From positions 651,203 through 715,202 of the forward strand of contig JAQWEN010000001.1 in NCBI GenBank assembly GCA_028704885.1: a stretch of DNA of 64,000 bases. Direction: 5' to 3'. The translations under genes were made by a program, and so were the position numbers. Of the stretch, positions 36,255 to 45,083 are shown in pieces. Numbering within the stretch: the first letter of the stretch is position 1; every line of letters begins with the position of its first letter. The notes under the pieces were generated by a model that searched no databases, had not been told where the DNA came from, and saw nothing but the letters and a program-made list of their open reading frames with translations. This DNA is from Candidatus Shapirobacteria bacterium (GTDB lineage Bacteria > Patescibacteriota > Microgenomatia > UBA12405).

Positions 36255-37589
36255 TTATTTTTTTCTAAAAGAAAAAAGAGAGAAAGTAATAAATGATGAA
36301 GAAATTAAAAGTAAAATGATGGTTGGAGCTAAATTACCAGTAGTTGGAATACCTGAACTGGTACTTGGTTTACTAGTACGAACTGTTGGGACGGAAGTAA
36401 TAGTAGCGGTTTTAGCAGGAGTAATGATGGCTGTAGGGATTGCAGTAACAACAGGAGTGGTAGCGACTGTTGGAGCAATGGTGACTATGGGAGTAACAGT
36501 AGAAGATGCTGATGGTGAAGCTGAATAAGAAAGACTATTGTCGGCAGCCAGAATTGTAAATTTTTTAGAAATAATTTTATCAATACCATTATCTTTCACC
36601 GTAACAGTAATTGTATGTTCGCCTGGAGATAAATCTGCTGGAGGAGACCAATTCCAGGAACCGTCATCGTTAACAGTGACTTCACCAGTATAAACAGTTG
36701 GTGAATGAATTTCTATTTTAATAGTGGCTTTACTTGGGCCAGTACCAAAAAAGTCTGGTTTTTGGGTAGAAATTGATTCACTATCTTTTGGATTCAAAAT
36801 ATCTAATTCTTTAGAATTAGGAACTGGGGTAACTGAGGATAATGAACCAGTATTAGTTGCAGCATCAAAAGTAACTGGCAATGACGAAAATTGGTTTTGA
36901 CCTAAAATTATATCCGGAGTAGGATCATTTTGAGAAGTATTGGCATTAATTTGAGTGGTTTGTTTTTCTTGATCAATGACAATAATTTCCTCTGAAGTAT
37001 TATCAGTCGGAGTGAACCTGTTTGTTTTTGATTCATTGAAACTATTAGCTAAAGAAATATTCCAATTACCGGAAGTGGTTACTAAAGCGGATAAAGGTGA
37101 AGCATTAGGGATATTAATAAACACCATAACTTTACTGGCAGCTTTTAATTCTGGAGTAAAAACTCGACCCCAAGCTAAATTAGAAGAAGGTATCGAACCA
37201 TTTGGATTTGAAGCTGTTTCAAATTGATAAGTGGAACTTTTATATGTTTTTCCATCATTAATAAATGAATAATCATATTTGATTGAATTATCTAAGTTAT
37301 TAACATCAAAATAATGAATTTTACTTTTTTGGTCATTACTTAAAACAGCAGAATTACTGATAGTTTGATTATTTATTAATAAAGATGATAAACAAAATGA
37401 CTCGGTAACAAAGGAAATTGAGGCTGAATTGTTAGTAATATTAGTAACCTGAGGATTTATTGGTTGACAATCACCACTAGCCTTGGAAATAAAATTCGTA
37501 TTTTTATTAGTAAAAACAGCACCAGCAAAAATAGCACCAATTAATATAAAAAGCCCTAGAATAGTTGGTATTTTTTTTTCTTTAAGCAT
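36255..37589 (-). CDS. secreted surface protein with Ig-like domains, Thr/Pro/Val-rich stalk and C-terminal sorting-signal-like tail (IPTTG + TM + RKK)
   Basis: N-terminal signal/anchor. FN3/Ig-like blocks (KATIKIEIHSPTVYTGEVTVNDDGSWNWSPPADLSPGEHTITVTV). The C-terminus is PSTSSGIPTTGNLAPTIILLLISSSFITFSLFSFRKK. Confidence 0.55.
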   Translation of the reverse strand: MLKEKKIPTILGLFILIGAIFAGAVFTNKNTNFISKASGDCQPINPQVTNITNNSASISFVTESFCLSSLLINNQTISNSAVLSNDQKSKIHYFDVNNLDNSIKYDYSFINDGKTYKSSTYQFETASNPNGSIPSSNLAWGRVFTPELKAASKVMVFINIPNASPLSALVTTSGNWNISLANSFNESKTNRFTPTDNTSEEIIVIDQEKQTTQINANTSQNDPTPDIILGQNQFSSLPVTFDAATNTGSLSSVTPVPNSKELDILNPKDSESISTQKPDFFGTGPSKATIKIEIHSPTVYTGEVTVNDDGSWNWSPPADLSPGEHTITVTVKDNGIDKIISKKFTILAADNSLSYSASPSASSTVTPIVTIAPTVATTPVVTAIPTAIITPAKTATITSVPTVRTSKPSTSSGIPTTGNLAPTIILLLISSSFITFSLFSFRKK

Positions 37590-37925
37590 TTATGGTGTGG
37601 TTTTGTTTAATGTACCTGCGGATGTACTTGTAGGTGTGATTATTGGCTCAATTTGAATTGGATTTATAGTATCTTCTGTTGGTTTGAAAGATTTAATAAT
37701 TGAAAAATCAAAAGGTTCTTCTGTATTTTTATTTTTTGATTCAATAGTAGAAATAATAGATAAATCTAGTGTTGGATTAATCTCTTTTAATAAAACATTA
37801 TTTTCAACCAATGTCTGTGGTTTTTTAAAAGAAAAATAACTCTTTTGAACAATAGAGAAAAATATAGTTACAAAAGTAAGAAAAGATATAAAAACAAAAT
37901 AGGAAGTAATTCTATTTTTTTTCAT
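37590..37925 (-). CDS. hypothetical small membrane protein with Pro/Thr-rich tail
   Basis: Start chosen at MKKNRITSYFVFISFLTFV, which overlaps the pilO-like gene by 14 nt. The ORF-track start at 37997 would overlap 86 nt. Confidence 0.3.
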   Translation of the reverse strand: MKKNRITSYFVFISFLTFVTIFFSIVQKSYFSFKKPQTLVENNVLLKEINPTLDLSIISTIESKNKNTEEPFDFSIIKSFKPTEDTINPIQIEPIITPTSTSAGTLNKTTP

Positions 37926-38550
37926 TGTTGTTGGGTAAAAAATATAAATCACTGGAAAGACTAATTTTAATATTTTTTGAATTAGCTTGATTGACACTAT
38001 CTGAATTTATTTGATTAATTTTAATATTGACAGTGTTGGCCAAGCGACGATTATTAAATATTTTCTTTACCATTTCTAAAACTGAAGAATATTGACCTTC
38101 ACCATTTATGTTAACTTGATAAGATTTATAAAATTGATTTTTATTATTTTCTTCTTTGTCTAAATTTAGACTAATTTGATTTATGTCTAATGATGATTCT
38201 TTAAAAATGGTAGCTAAATTAGAAGTACCTTTATAATATTGACCAAGAGTAGGAAAACTGTCTTCAATTAGAGAATATTTTTCCTGCACCTTAGCGTATG
38301 ATTCTTGAGCTTTAATAACATTGGCAATTTTTGAATCAACTTTTTCGATAAAAGCCTCTTTAGACTTTATGTCTCCCATCAAAGAAAAAATAGTAGTCAT
38401 AGTCGGCATGATGGCAAAAAAGAGAAAAATAGCGATTAAAGTGAAAGTACCACCAATTTCCAAATATTTTAAGAATTTCTCATTTTCAGCCTGTTTACGA
38501 ATGTAACTATACATTGGTCGAAGCTGAAACCAGTTTTTAGTGTCGATCAT
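37912..38550 (-). CDS. pilO: type IV pilus assembly protein PilO-like
   Basis: N-terminal cytoplasmic segment, one TM helix (GTFTLIAIFLFFAIMP), a coiled coil and a C-terminal periplasmic domain. Follows the PilN-like gene with a 4-nt overlap. Confidence 0.45.
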   Translation of the reverse strand: MIDTKNWFQLRPMYSYIRKQAENEKFLKYLEIGGTFTLIAIFLFFAIMPTMTTIFSLMGDIKSKEAFIEKVDSKIANVIKAQESYAKVQEKYSLIEDSFPTLGQYYKGTSNLATIFKESSLDINQISLNLDKEENNKNQFYKSYQVNINGEGQYSSVLEMVKKIFNNRRLANTVNIKINQINSDSVNQANSKNIKISLSSDLYFLPNNNEKK

Positions 38551-39125
38551 ATTTTAGTAACTGCCTTGGTTGTTTTAAAAAATAAAGTAAGGGAAATGGA
38601 ATATTTATTTTCTTTTTCTTTCTTTTCTATTTTATTAATATCTACCTGATCAATGTCAGGATTTAGCATAAGGTTAGTAATAAAAGAAACTATACTTTCC
38701 TCTTTATATGCGGTTAAGGAAGTATCAATAACAGTTGATTTTATTTTTTCATCCCTGGAAACTGAAAGACTTTCATAAAATAAATCTTCGGGAGTACTTG
38801 TGATTAGTGAATTGATTTGGTTGCTATATTCTGGTTGATTGGAATAAAAATCCTTGATATAGCTTAGTCTTTGCTGTAATTGGACAAATTCTGTCTCAAA
38901 AGGAACAATGCTTTCCAACACTGCTTGTTTTTGACGAGCAATTTCGGAAAGATCAGAATTTTTACGATCTAACCAAAAACGAGAAATAAAAACAGAAATA
39001 ACAATTAGTTCGGTTAAAATTATAGTGACTCTACCGGTAGTAGTAATCCATTTGAAAAAACGAGCCCCAAATGATCTTGGGTTTTCGGATTCAGGTAAAA
39101 GAGAAATCTCTTTTTTTACAGCCAT
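38547..39125 (-). CDS. pilN: type IV pilus assembly protein PilN-like
   Basis: N-terminal ISLLPE (the INLLP-type motif), one TM helix and a coiled coil. 192 aa. Confidence 0.5.
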   Translation of the reverse strand: MAVKKEISLLPESENPRSFGARFFKWITTTGRVTIILTELIVISVFISRFWLDRKNSDLSEIARQKQAVLESIVPFETEFVQLQQRLSYIKDFYSNQPEYSNQINSLITSTPEDLFYESLSVSRDEKIKSTVIDTSLTAYKEESIVSFITNLMLNPDIDQVDINKIEKKEKENKYSISLTLFFKTTKAVTKI

Positions 39126-39142
39126 ATATTCAGTATATACGA

Positions 39143-40756
39143 CTATTTGCGGAAAATAAAATCCTTAAATTTAAAATAGTATTTTTGGTAATCTTTAACT
39201 TCTTCCAACTTTAAGAAGTTAACTGAAAATATGTAGGTAATTAAGCCAATAAATGAAGAAATCAGAGTTAAAGTTAGAACTGGAATAACATGGGTAGTAT
39301 CTAAAATAAAAAGATCTAGAAATTTAATAGATAACCAACTGCTAATCCCCATTAAAACTGCTGATATTGATATTTTGTAAAATTTAGTGAACATAGTAAA
39401 CCAATTAAAACCATCCACAATCTTAATAAACATAGTTAATAAACCAAAAAGCTGAATTAAGTTACCAACAGATGCACTAATAGCCAAACCAACAACACCG
39501 AGACTAGTAAAGTTAACAAAATAATAACTGGTAACAATATTTACAGCCAAGGAGATCATGGAGATAAAAAATGGAACTTTAGTATTATGAAGAGCATAAA
39601 ATGCTCTAATTAAAATTTGAATTACGGCTTGACAAATTATGCCGGGAACTAAAAAGGCTAAAATTTTGGAAGTTAAAATAGTGGCTGTCCAGGGAAACTC
39701 ACGAGATCCATAGAGAAGTCTAATAATAGAGACTCTTTCGACTAAAATTAAAATACTAATAGGAACAGCAATAAATAAACTTTGAATTATAATTCGATGG
39801 ACGGTAGTTCTAAAAGTGTTTAATTCATTTCGGGCGATGTTTTTTGAAAGAATTGGTAATGAAGCTTGACCAACAGTAGTACCAAAGATACGACTAGGCA
39901 AATACATAAATTGGAGAGCTAAATTTAGAAGAGAGATAGATCCAGAAGCTAAGGTACTGGCAAAAAAGAGAGTAACAGTATTTTCAATTTCACCCAAACC
40001 TAGGGATAAAATTCTGGGGATCATGAGACGAAAAATTTCTTTAACTCCACTTAATTTTGTCCTGATTATAGGGTAATAAACAAAACCCTGACGGCGGAGG
40101 ACGGGGACTTGAATGGCAAAATGAAAAAAGGCACCAACAACAGCGCCGATGGCAACTCCATAAATACCAAAAATTGGAGCTAGGGTAAAAATACTGATAA
40201 TAATGAAGAGATTGTAAATAATAGGGGTGAGGGCAGGAACAATAAAAACTTGATTAACTTGAAGAATGGCAGTGGCAAAATTACTAAGAAGAAAAAATAT
40301 TTGAGCAATAAGTAAAATTCGACTAAGACTGGCCATTAAAGATAGTTGATCCGGAGAAAAACCAGCAGCGATAAGGCTAGAGATTGGTTTAATAAAAATA
40401 AAAGCAATTATGGAAATAATTGTGAAGGCAATTAAAAGAAGATTAATAACAGTGGAAGCAATTTCGTCGGCAACTTTCTTATTTTTATGTAAATAATTCG
40501 AAAAAACTGGGATAAAAGAGGCTGACAGAACACCGGTAACTAATAATTTAAAAATTAGGTCGGGAAGGCGAAAAGCGGCATTATAAACATCGAGTTGGGC
40601 TAAACAGCAGGAAAAAAACTTAGCATATAAAAAACGATTTCTTAAAAGACCAAGGATTGAAGAAAGACCAAAAGCTATGGCTAAAACTAAAGAAGCTGAC
40701 AAAATGGTACTTTGTTTTTTTTGACTTATTAGCTGAATCCTCTCTTTAAAGGTCAT
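39143..40756 (-). CDS. murJ: lipid II flippase MurJ (MviN family)
   Basis: 537 aa, 14 TM helices. N-terminal LSASLVLAIAFGLSSILGLLRNRFLYAKF and RLPDLIF blocks typical of MurJ. Confidence 0.85.
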   Translation of the reverse strand: MTFKERIQLISQKKQSTILSASLVLAIAFGLSSILGLLRNRFLYAKFFSCCLAQLDVYNAAFRLPDLIFKLLVTGVLSASFIPVFSNYLHKNKKVADEIASTVINLLLIAFTIISIIAFIFIKPISSLIAAGFSPDQLSLMASLSRILLIAQIFFLLSNFATAILQVNQVFIVPALTPIIYNLFIIISIFTLAPIFGIYGVAIGAVVGAFFHFAIQVPVLRRQGFVYYPIIRTKLSGVKEIFRLMIPRILSLGLGEIENTVTLFFASTLASGSISLLNLALQFMYLPSRIFGTTVGQASLPILSKNIARNELNTFRTTVHRIIIQSLFIAVPISILILVERVSIIRLLYGSREFPWTATILTSKILAFLVPGIICQAVIQILIRAFYALHNTKVPFFISMISLAVNIVTSYYFVNFTSLGVVGLAISASVGNLIQLFGLLTMFIKIVDGFNWFTMFTKFYKISISAVLMGISSWLSIKFLDLFILDTTHVIPVLTLTLISSFIGLITYIFSVNFLKLEEVKDYQKYYFKFKDFIFRK

Positions 40757-40832
40757 AATTTGAATTATATCTGATTATTAACTAGATTATATATGGTTGT
40801 AAATAAGGAAAAGATAAGATAAAATATTGCTC

Positions 40833-41153
40833 ATGCCAATCAGTTTATCTGCAAAAAAATCACTAAGAAAGTCCTTAAAAAATCATAAGGATAATGTTTC
40901 TTTTAAAAATACGCTTAAAACTACTGTTAAAAAGTTTTTAGCTAAGCCAACTGCTGAAGGTTTAAAAGAAGTTTATTCTATTTTAGACAAGGCTGTAAAA
41001 AAGAATCTTTTTCACAAAAATAAAAGCGACAGACTTAAGTCTAACTATTCCAAAAAAGTTGGAACCGAAGGGGTTAAGAAAGTTGTAGTTAAAAAAAGAC
41101 CAGCTAAAAAAGTGGTTAAAAAGACAGGTAAAAAGTCTAATAAAAAAATGTAA
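40833..41153 (+). CDS. rpsT: 30S ribosomal protein S20 with Lys-rich C-terminal extension
   Basis: MPISLSAKKSLRKSLKNHKDN...KNLFHKNKSDRLKS matches S20 (SAKKR...; G.IHKNKAAR.KS). The ATG at 40833 is preferred over the TTG at 40827. Confidence 0.75.
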   Translation: MPISLSAKKSLRKSLKNHKDNVSFKNTLKTTVKKFLAKPTAEGLKEVYSILDKAVKKNLFHKNKSDRLKSNYSKKVGTEGVKKVVVKKRPAKKVVKKTGKKSNKKM

Positions 41154-41197
41154 TAGCCACAGAAGTTTGGATTTATCCAAATAATGTGGCAAAATAG

Positions 41198-41228
41198 GAG
41201 TATCGAAAGATACTCTTTTTTGTTTTTT
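41198..41228 (+). terminator. rho-independent terminator after rpsT
   Basis: Hairpin gagtatc-gaaa-gatactc followed by ttttttgtttttt. Confidence 0.65.
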
Positions 41229-41239
41229 AAAGTTAAACT

Positions 41240-42646
41240 ATGAACAAATTTTTTATAACAACCCCAATTTATTACATTAATGATATTCCTCATATCGGTC
41301 ATACCTGTACAACGGTGGCGGCTGATGTGGTGGCCAGACTTCACCGAGCCAAAGGAGAAGAGGTTTTCTTTTTGACCGGAACTGATGAGCATGGACAAAA
41401 AGTGGCGGAAACAGCCCAAAAAGAAGGCTTGGAAGTTAAAGCATATTGCGATAAAATTTCACCAAGATTTGAAGAAGCTTGGAAAAAGTTGGACATTAGT
41501 TTTGATTTTTTTATCAGAACTACTGATCCTCGACATGAAAAAGTGGTAGCCGAAGTTTTGCAAAAAATTTACGATAAAGGTGATGTTTATAAAGCCAAAT
41601 ATGAAGGCTTATATTGTGTCGGCTGTGAAAAATTTTTAACTGAATCAGAATTAGTTGATAATCATTGTGGACTTCATCCACCAGAAAAAACCGTTTTTAA
41701 AAGTGAAGAAAATTGGTTTTTTAAATTGAGTAAATATGTGCCGGAAATTATTAAACTGATTGAAAATGATAAAACTAATTACATCTACCCTATTGGAAAA
41801 AAACTGGAAATATTGGCAAAACTTAAGTCTGGAGTAAAAGATGTTTCGATATCCCGGGAAAATGTGGAATGGGGAATTCCAACCCCTTGGGACAAAAGCC
41901 AAACAGTTTATGTATGGTTTGACGCTTTAATTAATTATTACAGTGCAACACAGTTTGTCGAAGGTAAAAAAGACTTTTGGCCGGCTGATTTACATTTATT
42001 AGGAAAAGAGATTTTATGGTTTCATACTGTTATCTGGCAAGCAATGTTGTTGTCGGCTGAAATTTCGTTACCTAAAAAAACTTATACTCACAGTTTTTAT
42101 ATGATTGATGGTCAAAAAATGTCCAAATCATTGGGAAATGTAATTTCGCCACAACAATTAGTTGATCTGTTTGGAGTAGAGGAGAGTAAATATTTAATTG
42201 TCAGATCTTTTCCGTCAGAAAATGATTCGGATGTGGGTATTAATCGATTTAAAGAAAAATATAATGCAGATTTAGCCAATAATTTGGGAAATTTAGTTTC
42301 TAGAGTAGCTAAATTAGCTGAAGGACAAAAAACAGAAGAAGAGAAAATTGAGTTTGATAATGAATTTGAAGAATTAATTAATAATCTTAAATTAGACGAA
42401 GCATTTGAATTGGTTTTTAATAAATATGTTGATGCTTCAAATTTAAAACTAAATCAAACTAGTCCATGGAAATTGGAAAAAGAAAATCCAGAAAGAATTG
42501 CTGTCTTAAACGAATGTATCAAAAACATTCGAAAAGCTGCCTTTCATCTCCAAATTTTAATGCCAAAAGTGGCAGAAAAAATCGAAAATTGCTTTAAAAA
42601 TGAAGTAAAACCGCTTTCAGAATCTTTATTTCCGAGGATAAAATAA
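41240..42646 (+). CDS. metG: methionine--tRNA ligase (short form, no C-terminal tRNA-binding domain)
   Basis: HIGH motif (DIPHIGHT), KMSKS (KMSKSLGN), zinc knuckle CVGCEKF...HCGLH and YVWFDALINY. 468 aa. Confidence 0.92.
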   Translation: MNKFFITTPIYYINDIPHIGHTCTTVAADVVARLHRAKGEEVFFLTGTDEHGQKVAETAQKEGLEVKAYCDKISPRFEEAWKKLDISFDFFIRTTDPRHEKVVAEVLQKIYDKGDVYKAKYEGLYCVGCEKFLTESELVDNHCGLHPPEKTVFKSEENWFFKLSKYVPEIIKLIENDKTNYIYPIGKKLEILAKLKSGVKDVSISRENVEWGIPTPWDKSQTVYVWFDALINYYSATQFVEGKKDFWPADLHLLGKEILWFHTVIWQAMLLSAEISLPKKTYTHSFYMIDGQKMSKSLGNVISPQQLVDLFGVEESKYLIVRSFPSENDSDVGINRFKEKYNADLANNLGNLVSRVAKLAEGQKTEEEKIEFDNEFEELINNLKLDEAFELVFNKYVDASNLKLNQTSPWKLEKENPERIAVLNECIKNIRKAAFHLQILMPKVAEKIENCFKNEVKPLSESLFPRIK

Positions 42647-42647
42647 G

Positions 42648-43358
42648 ATGATTGATACCCATGCTCACTTGGAAAGATTGTGCGACATTGATAAGGGGAT
42701 TGATAAAATCATTTTGGCGGCATCAGATGTGACTGATTCAAAAAATAACCTATTATTGGGCGAAATATATCCAGATAAATTATTGGTAAGTGTAGGTATT
42801 CACCCAATGGAAAGCCAAGACTCCCCTGCTAAACTTGAAAAAATAGTTGAGGAAAATTATCAAAAAATTGGGGCAATTGGTGAATGTGGATTAGATTTCT
42901 CGGGTGAATTTGATAAAGAGAAGCAGATTATTGTTTTTAAAAAACAAATAGAATTGGCTCAAAAATATAAATTACCCTTAATCATTCATGCCAGAAAAGC
43001 AGTTGATGAAGTAGTGGAAATTTTAAAAGAATATAAGGATTTATCCGGAGTATTTCATTGTTATGCCGGTGGTAATAAAAGAATTAAAAAAATATTAGAT
43101 CTGGGATTTTATTTTGGAATTGACGGAAATTTGACTTATGAAGCGGGGTTGGAAGAAGTTGTGAAAAATATACCTAAAGATAGGCTGGTTTTAGAAACTG
43201 ATTCCCCTTATTTAACACCAGTACCATTTAGAGGTGAAATTAATAGTCCAAAAAATGTGGAATATATTTATAAAAAAGTGGCGGAAATTTGGGATTTAAG
43301 TTTTGAAGAAACAGAAAAAATAGTTGACGGAAATGCAAAAAGATTATTTGGTTTTTAA
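42648..43358 (+). CDS. tatD: TatD-family metal-dependent DNase/hydrolase
   Basis: MIDTHAHLE, GECGLDF and the conserved His/Asp/Glu pattern of TatD. 236 aa. Directly downstream of metG, as in many bacteria. Confidence 0.9.
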   Translation: MIDTHAHLERLCDIDKGIDKIILAASDVTDSKNNLLLGEIYPDKLLVSVGIHPMESQDSPAKLEKIVEENYQKIGAIGECGLDFSGEFDKEKQIIVFKKQIELAQKYKLPLIIHARKAVDEVVEILKEYKDLSGVFHCYAGGNKRIKKILDLGFYFGIDGNLTYEAGLEEVVKNIPKDRLVLETDSPYLTPVPFRGEINSPKNVEYIYKKVAEIWDLSFEETEKIVDGNAKRLFGF

Positions 43359-43403
43359 ACCCCTCTCTGGATAAACCGGCATCTCCCCTTGATAAAGGGG
43401 AAA
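43359..43403 (+). repeat. GC-rich hairpin repeat element, copy R3 (acts as convergent terminator after tatD)
   Basis: Sequence acccctctctggataaaccggcatctccccttgataaaggggaaa followed by a T-run. Hairpin tcccctt-gataa-aggggaa. Confidence 0.6.
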
Positions 43404-43405
43404 TA

Positions 43406-43648
43406 TTATTTTTGAAAGTCGGAAATGATGACTTCGAGCTCTTTAATTGATGGGTAGCGGTCCATAAAAGCAACTTCACCATCGATTAAAAGAATAGTTT
43501 TGCCTTGTAGACCCATACTGATTACTTTTGACATATCTTTGACATATTCCGGATCGTAATCAATTTGAAGACGCTGACAAGCAAGTTCGAGATTGGTAAA
43601 TAATTGCTTGCCTTGTGGAGTACCACGATCAAAAAGTTGAATTTTCAT
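43406..43648 (-). CDS. thioredoxin-fold small protein related to 'redox-active disulfide protein 2' but lacking the CxxC pair
   Basis: 80 aa. MKIQLFDRGTPQGKQ... aligns to the MKI-v-GtGCpkC family N-terminus with Cys replaced by T/Q. The C-terminus ILLIDGEVAFMDRYPSIKEL is conserved. Confidence 0.5.
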   Translation of the reverse strand: MKIQLFDRGTPQGKQLFTNLELACQRLQIDYDPEYVKDMSKVISMGLQGKTILLIDGEVAFMDRYPSIKELEVIISDFQK

Positions 43649-43675
43649 AATCTATTATAACAAAATCTCTCTCGG

Positions 43676-43717
43676 CTTCGCCGCATCTCCCTTTAATAAA
43701 GGGAGAAATTTTTTATT
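43676..43717 (+). repeat. GC-rich double-hairpin repeat element, copy R4
   Basis: Sequence ctctctcggcttcgccgcatctccctttaataaagggagaaa. Hairpins cggc-ttc-gccg and tcccttt-aataa-agggaga, followed by a T-run. Confidence 0.6.
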
Positions 43718-43718
43718 T

Positions 43719-44240
43719 TTACATAAAAAATGAAAATAAATCTGAAATTGTTTGATTTATCTGATTCATTTCTAATTTAAGTTCATCAAGATTAACTTGT
43801 TTATAAGCCGATAAAAAATCAAAATTTTTCCCTCTTTGAAACGCTTTTTGCATATTAGTTTTAGTCGTAGATGGTGAAATTCCTTCTTTGTTATTTCCAA
43901 ATTCTATACTCCATAAAGAATGAGAAATGTCATTCCTAATTTCGCATGCTTTTTTACATTTTATATAAATTTCTTTAAATTCTTCTGCTTTTTCAATTCC
44001 TTTTCTTTCAATAATTAGGGATCTTAATAATTCTAGTTTTTCAATATATTCTAAATTGACAGTAATTCTTTCTCCTATTAATTGGCTTTTATTAGCGTTA
44101 TCAACTTTTGGATTAATTAATTCCCAAATCATAAACTCAATAAAATGCTCTAAATGATTTAAGCAAACAACTATTCCTCCAATAGAAGCTAAATATTCTT
44201 TTGTTTTGGAATTTTCGAAATTAAATAATATTGCTGCCAT
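43719..44240 (-). CDS. hypothetical alpha-helical protein with Rx4H motif (possible HEPN-like)
   Basis: 173 aa. KKACEIRNDISHSLWS contains R-x4-H. No other recognisable family. Confidence 0.4.
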   Translation of the reverse strand: MAAILFNFENSKTKEYLASIGGIVVCLNHLEHFIEFMIWELINPKVDNANKSQLIGERITVNLEYIEKLELLRSLIIERKGIEKAEEFKEIYIKCKKACEIRNDISHSLWSIEFGNNKEGISPSTTKTNMQKAFQRGKNFDFLSAYKQVNLDELKLEMNQINQTISDLFSFFM

Positions 44241-44252
44241 TTCTGGATTATA

Positions 44253-45083
44253 TTAATTTTTTGCAATTTGGACGGTATTGAAAAGAAGAGAAGCAATAGT
44301 CATGGGACCGACACCGCCGGGAACTGGAGTGATAAAACTAGCAATTTTTGAAACTTGGTCAAAATCAAAATCACCGGAAACTTGGCCATTTGAATCGGTG
44401 CCAAAACCAACATCAATAACAACAGCCCCTTCTCTAATAAAATCTTTGGTTAAAAATTTTGGCTTACCGACTGCGGAAATTAAGATATCAGCCTTTTGAC
44501 AAATTTCTTTTAAATTTTGGGTATGAGAATGACAAATAGTTACGGTAGAATTTTTACCTAATAATAGGGCAAATAATGGAATAGAAACTTCAGAACTACG
44601 ACCAATTATTACCGCGTTTTTACCGCTGATATCAATTTTATATTCTTCTAGAAGTTTGATTATTCCACAAGCAGTGGCCGAGGCGATTCCAGTGGAGCCT
44701 TTTTGAAAAAGAAGACCAAGATTAAAAGGGTTAAGGCCATCGGCATCTTTTTTATGATCAATATTAGCTAAAACTTTTTCAGTGTCAATTTGGGAAGGAA
44801 GAGGAAGTTGAACCATAAAAGCAGTAATTGAATCATCTTTATTTAATTTATTTACCAAAGATAAAAGATCGGCGGTAGTTGAAGATTCGCTAAGTTGATG
44901 AACATTACCACTGATACCAATTGATTGAGCTTTTTGCTGTTTTAGAGCCACATATTTTTGACTGGCAGAATCGGTACCAACAATAATTATGTCTAGAGTT
45001 GGTTTTAATTTGAAATTTGAAATTTTTAATTTTAAATCGTCAAGAATTTTTTGAGAAAGAGTTTTGCCATCAAGAATGATCAT
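44253..45083 (-). CDS. folD: bifunctional methylenetetrahydrofolate dehydrogenase/cyclohydrolase
   Basis: MIILDGK...VQLPLP...GKNAVIIGRSSEVSIPL...PVPGGVGPMTIASLL. 276 aa. Confidence 0.92.
   Translation of the reverse strand: MIILDGKTLSQKILDDLKLKISNFKLKPTLDIIIVGTDSASQKYVALKQQKAQSIGISGNVHQLSESSTTADLLSLVNKLNKDDSITAFMVQLPLPSQIDTEKVLANIDHKKDADGLNPFNLGLLFQKGSTGIASATACGIIKLLEEYKIDISGKNAVIIGRSSEVSIPLFALLLGKNSTVTICHSHTQNLKEICQKADILISAVGKPKFLTKDFIREGAVVIDVGFGTDSNGQVSGDFDFDQVSKIASFITPVPGGVGPMTIASLLFNTVQIAKN

Noticed and set aside
36316-36528. 70-aa plus-strand ORF (MMVGAKLPVVGIPE...)
   Set aside because: Antisense to the Thr/Pro/Val-rich stalk of the 36255-37589 surface protein. Low-complexity mirror translation.
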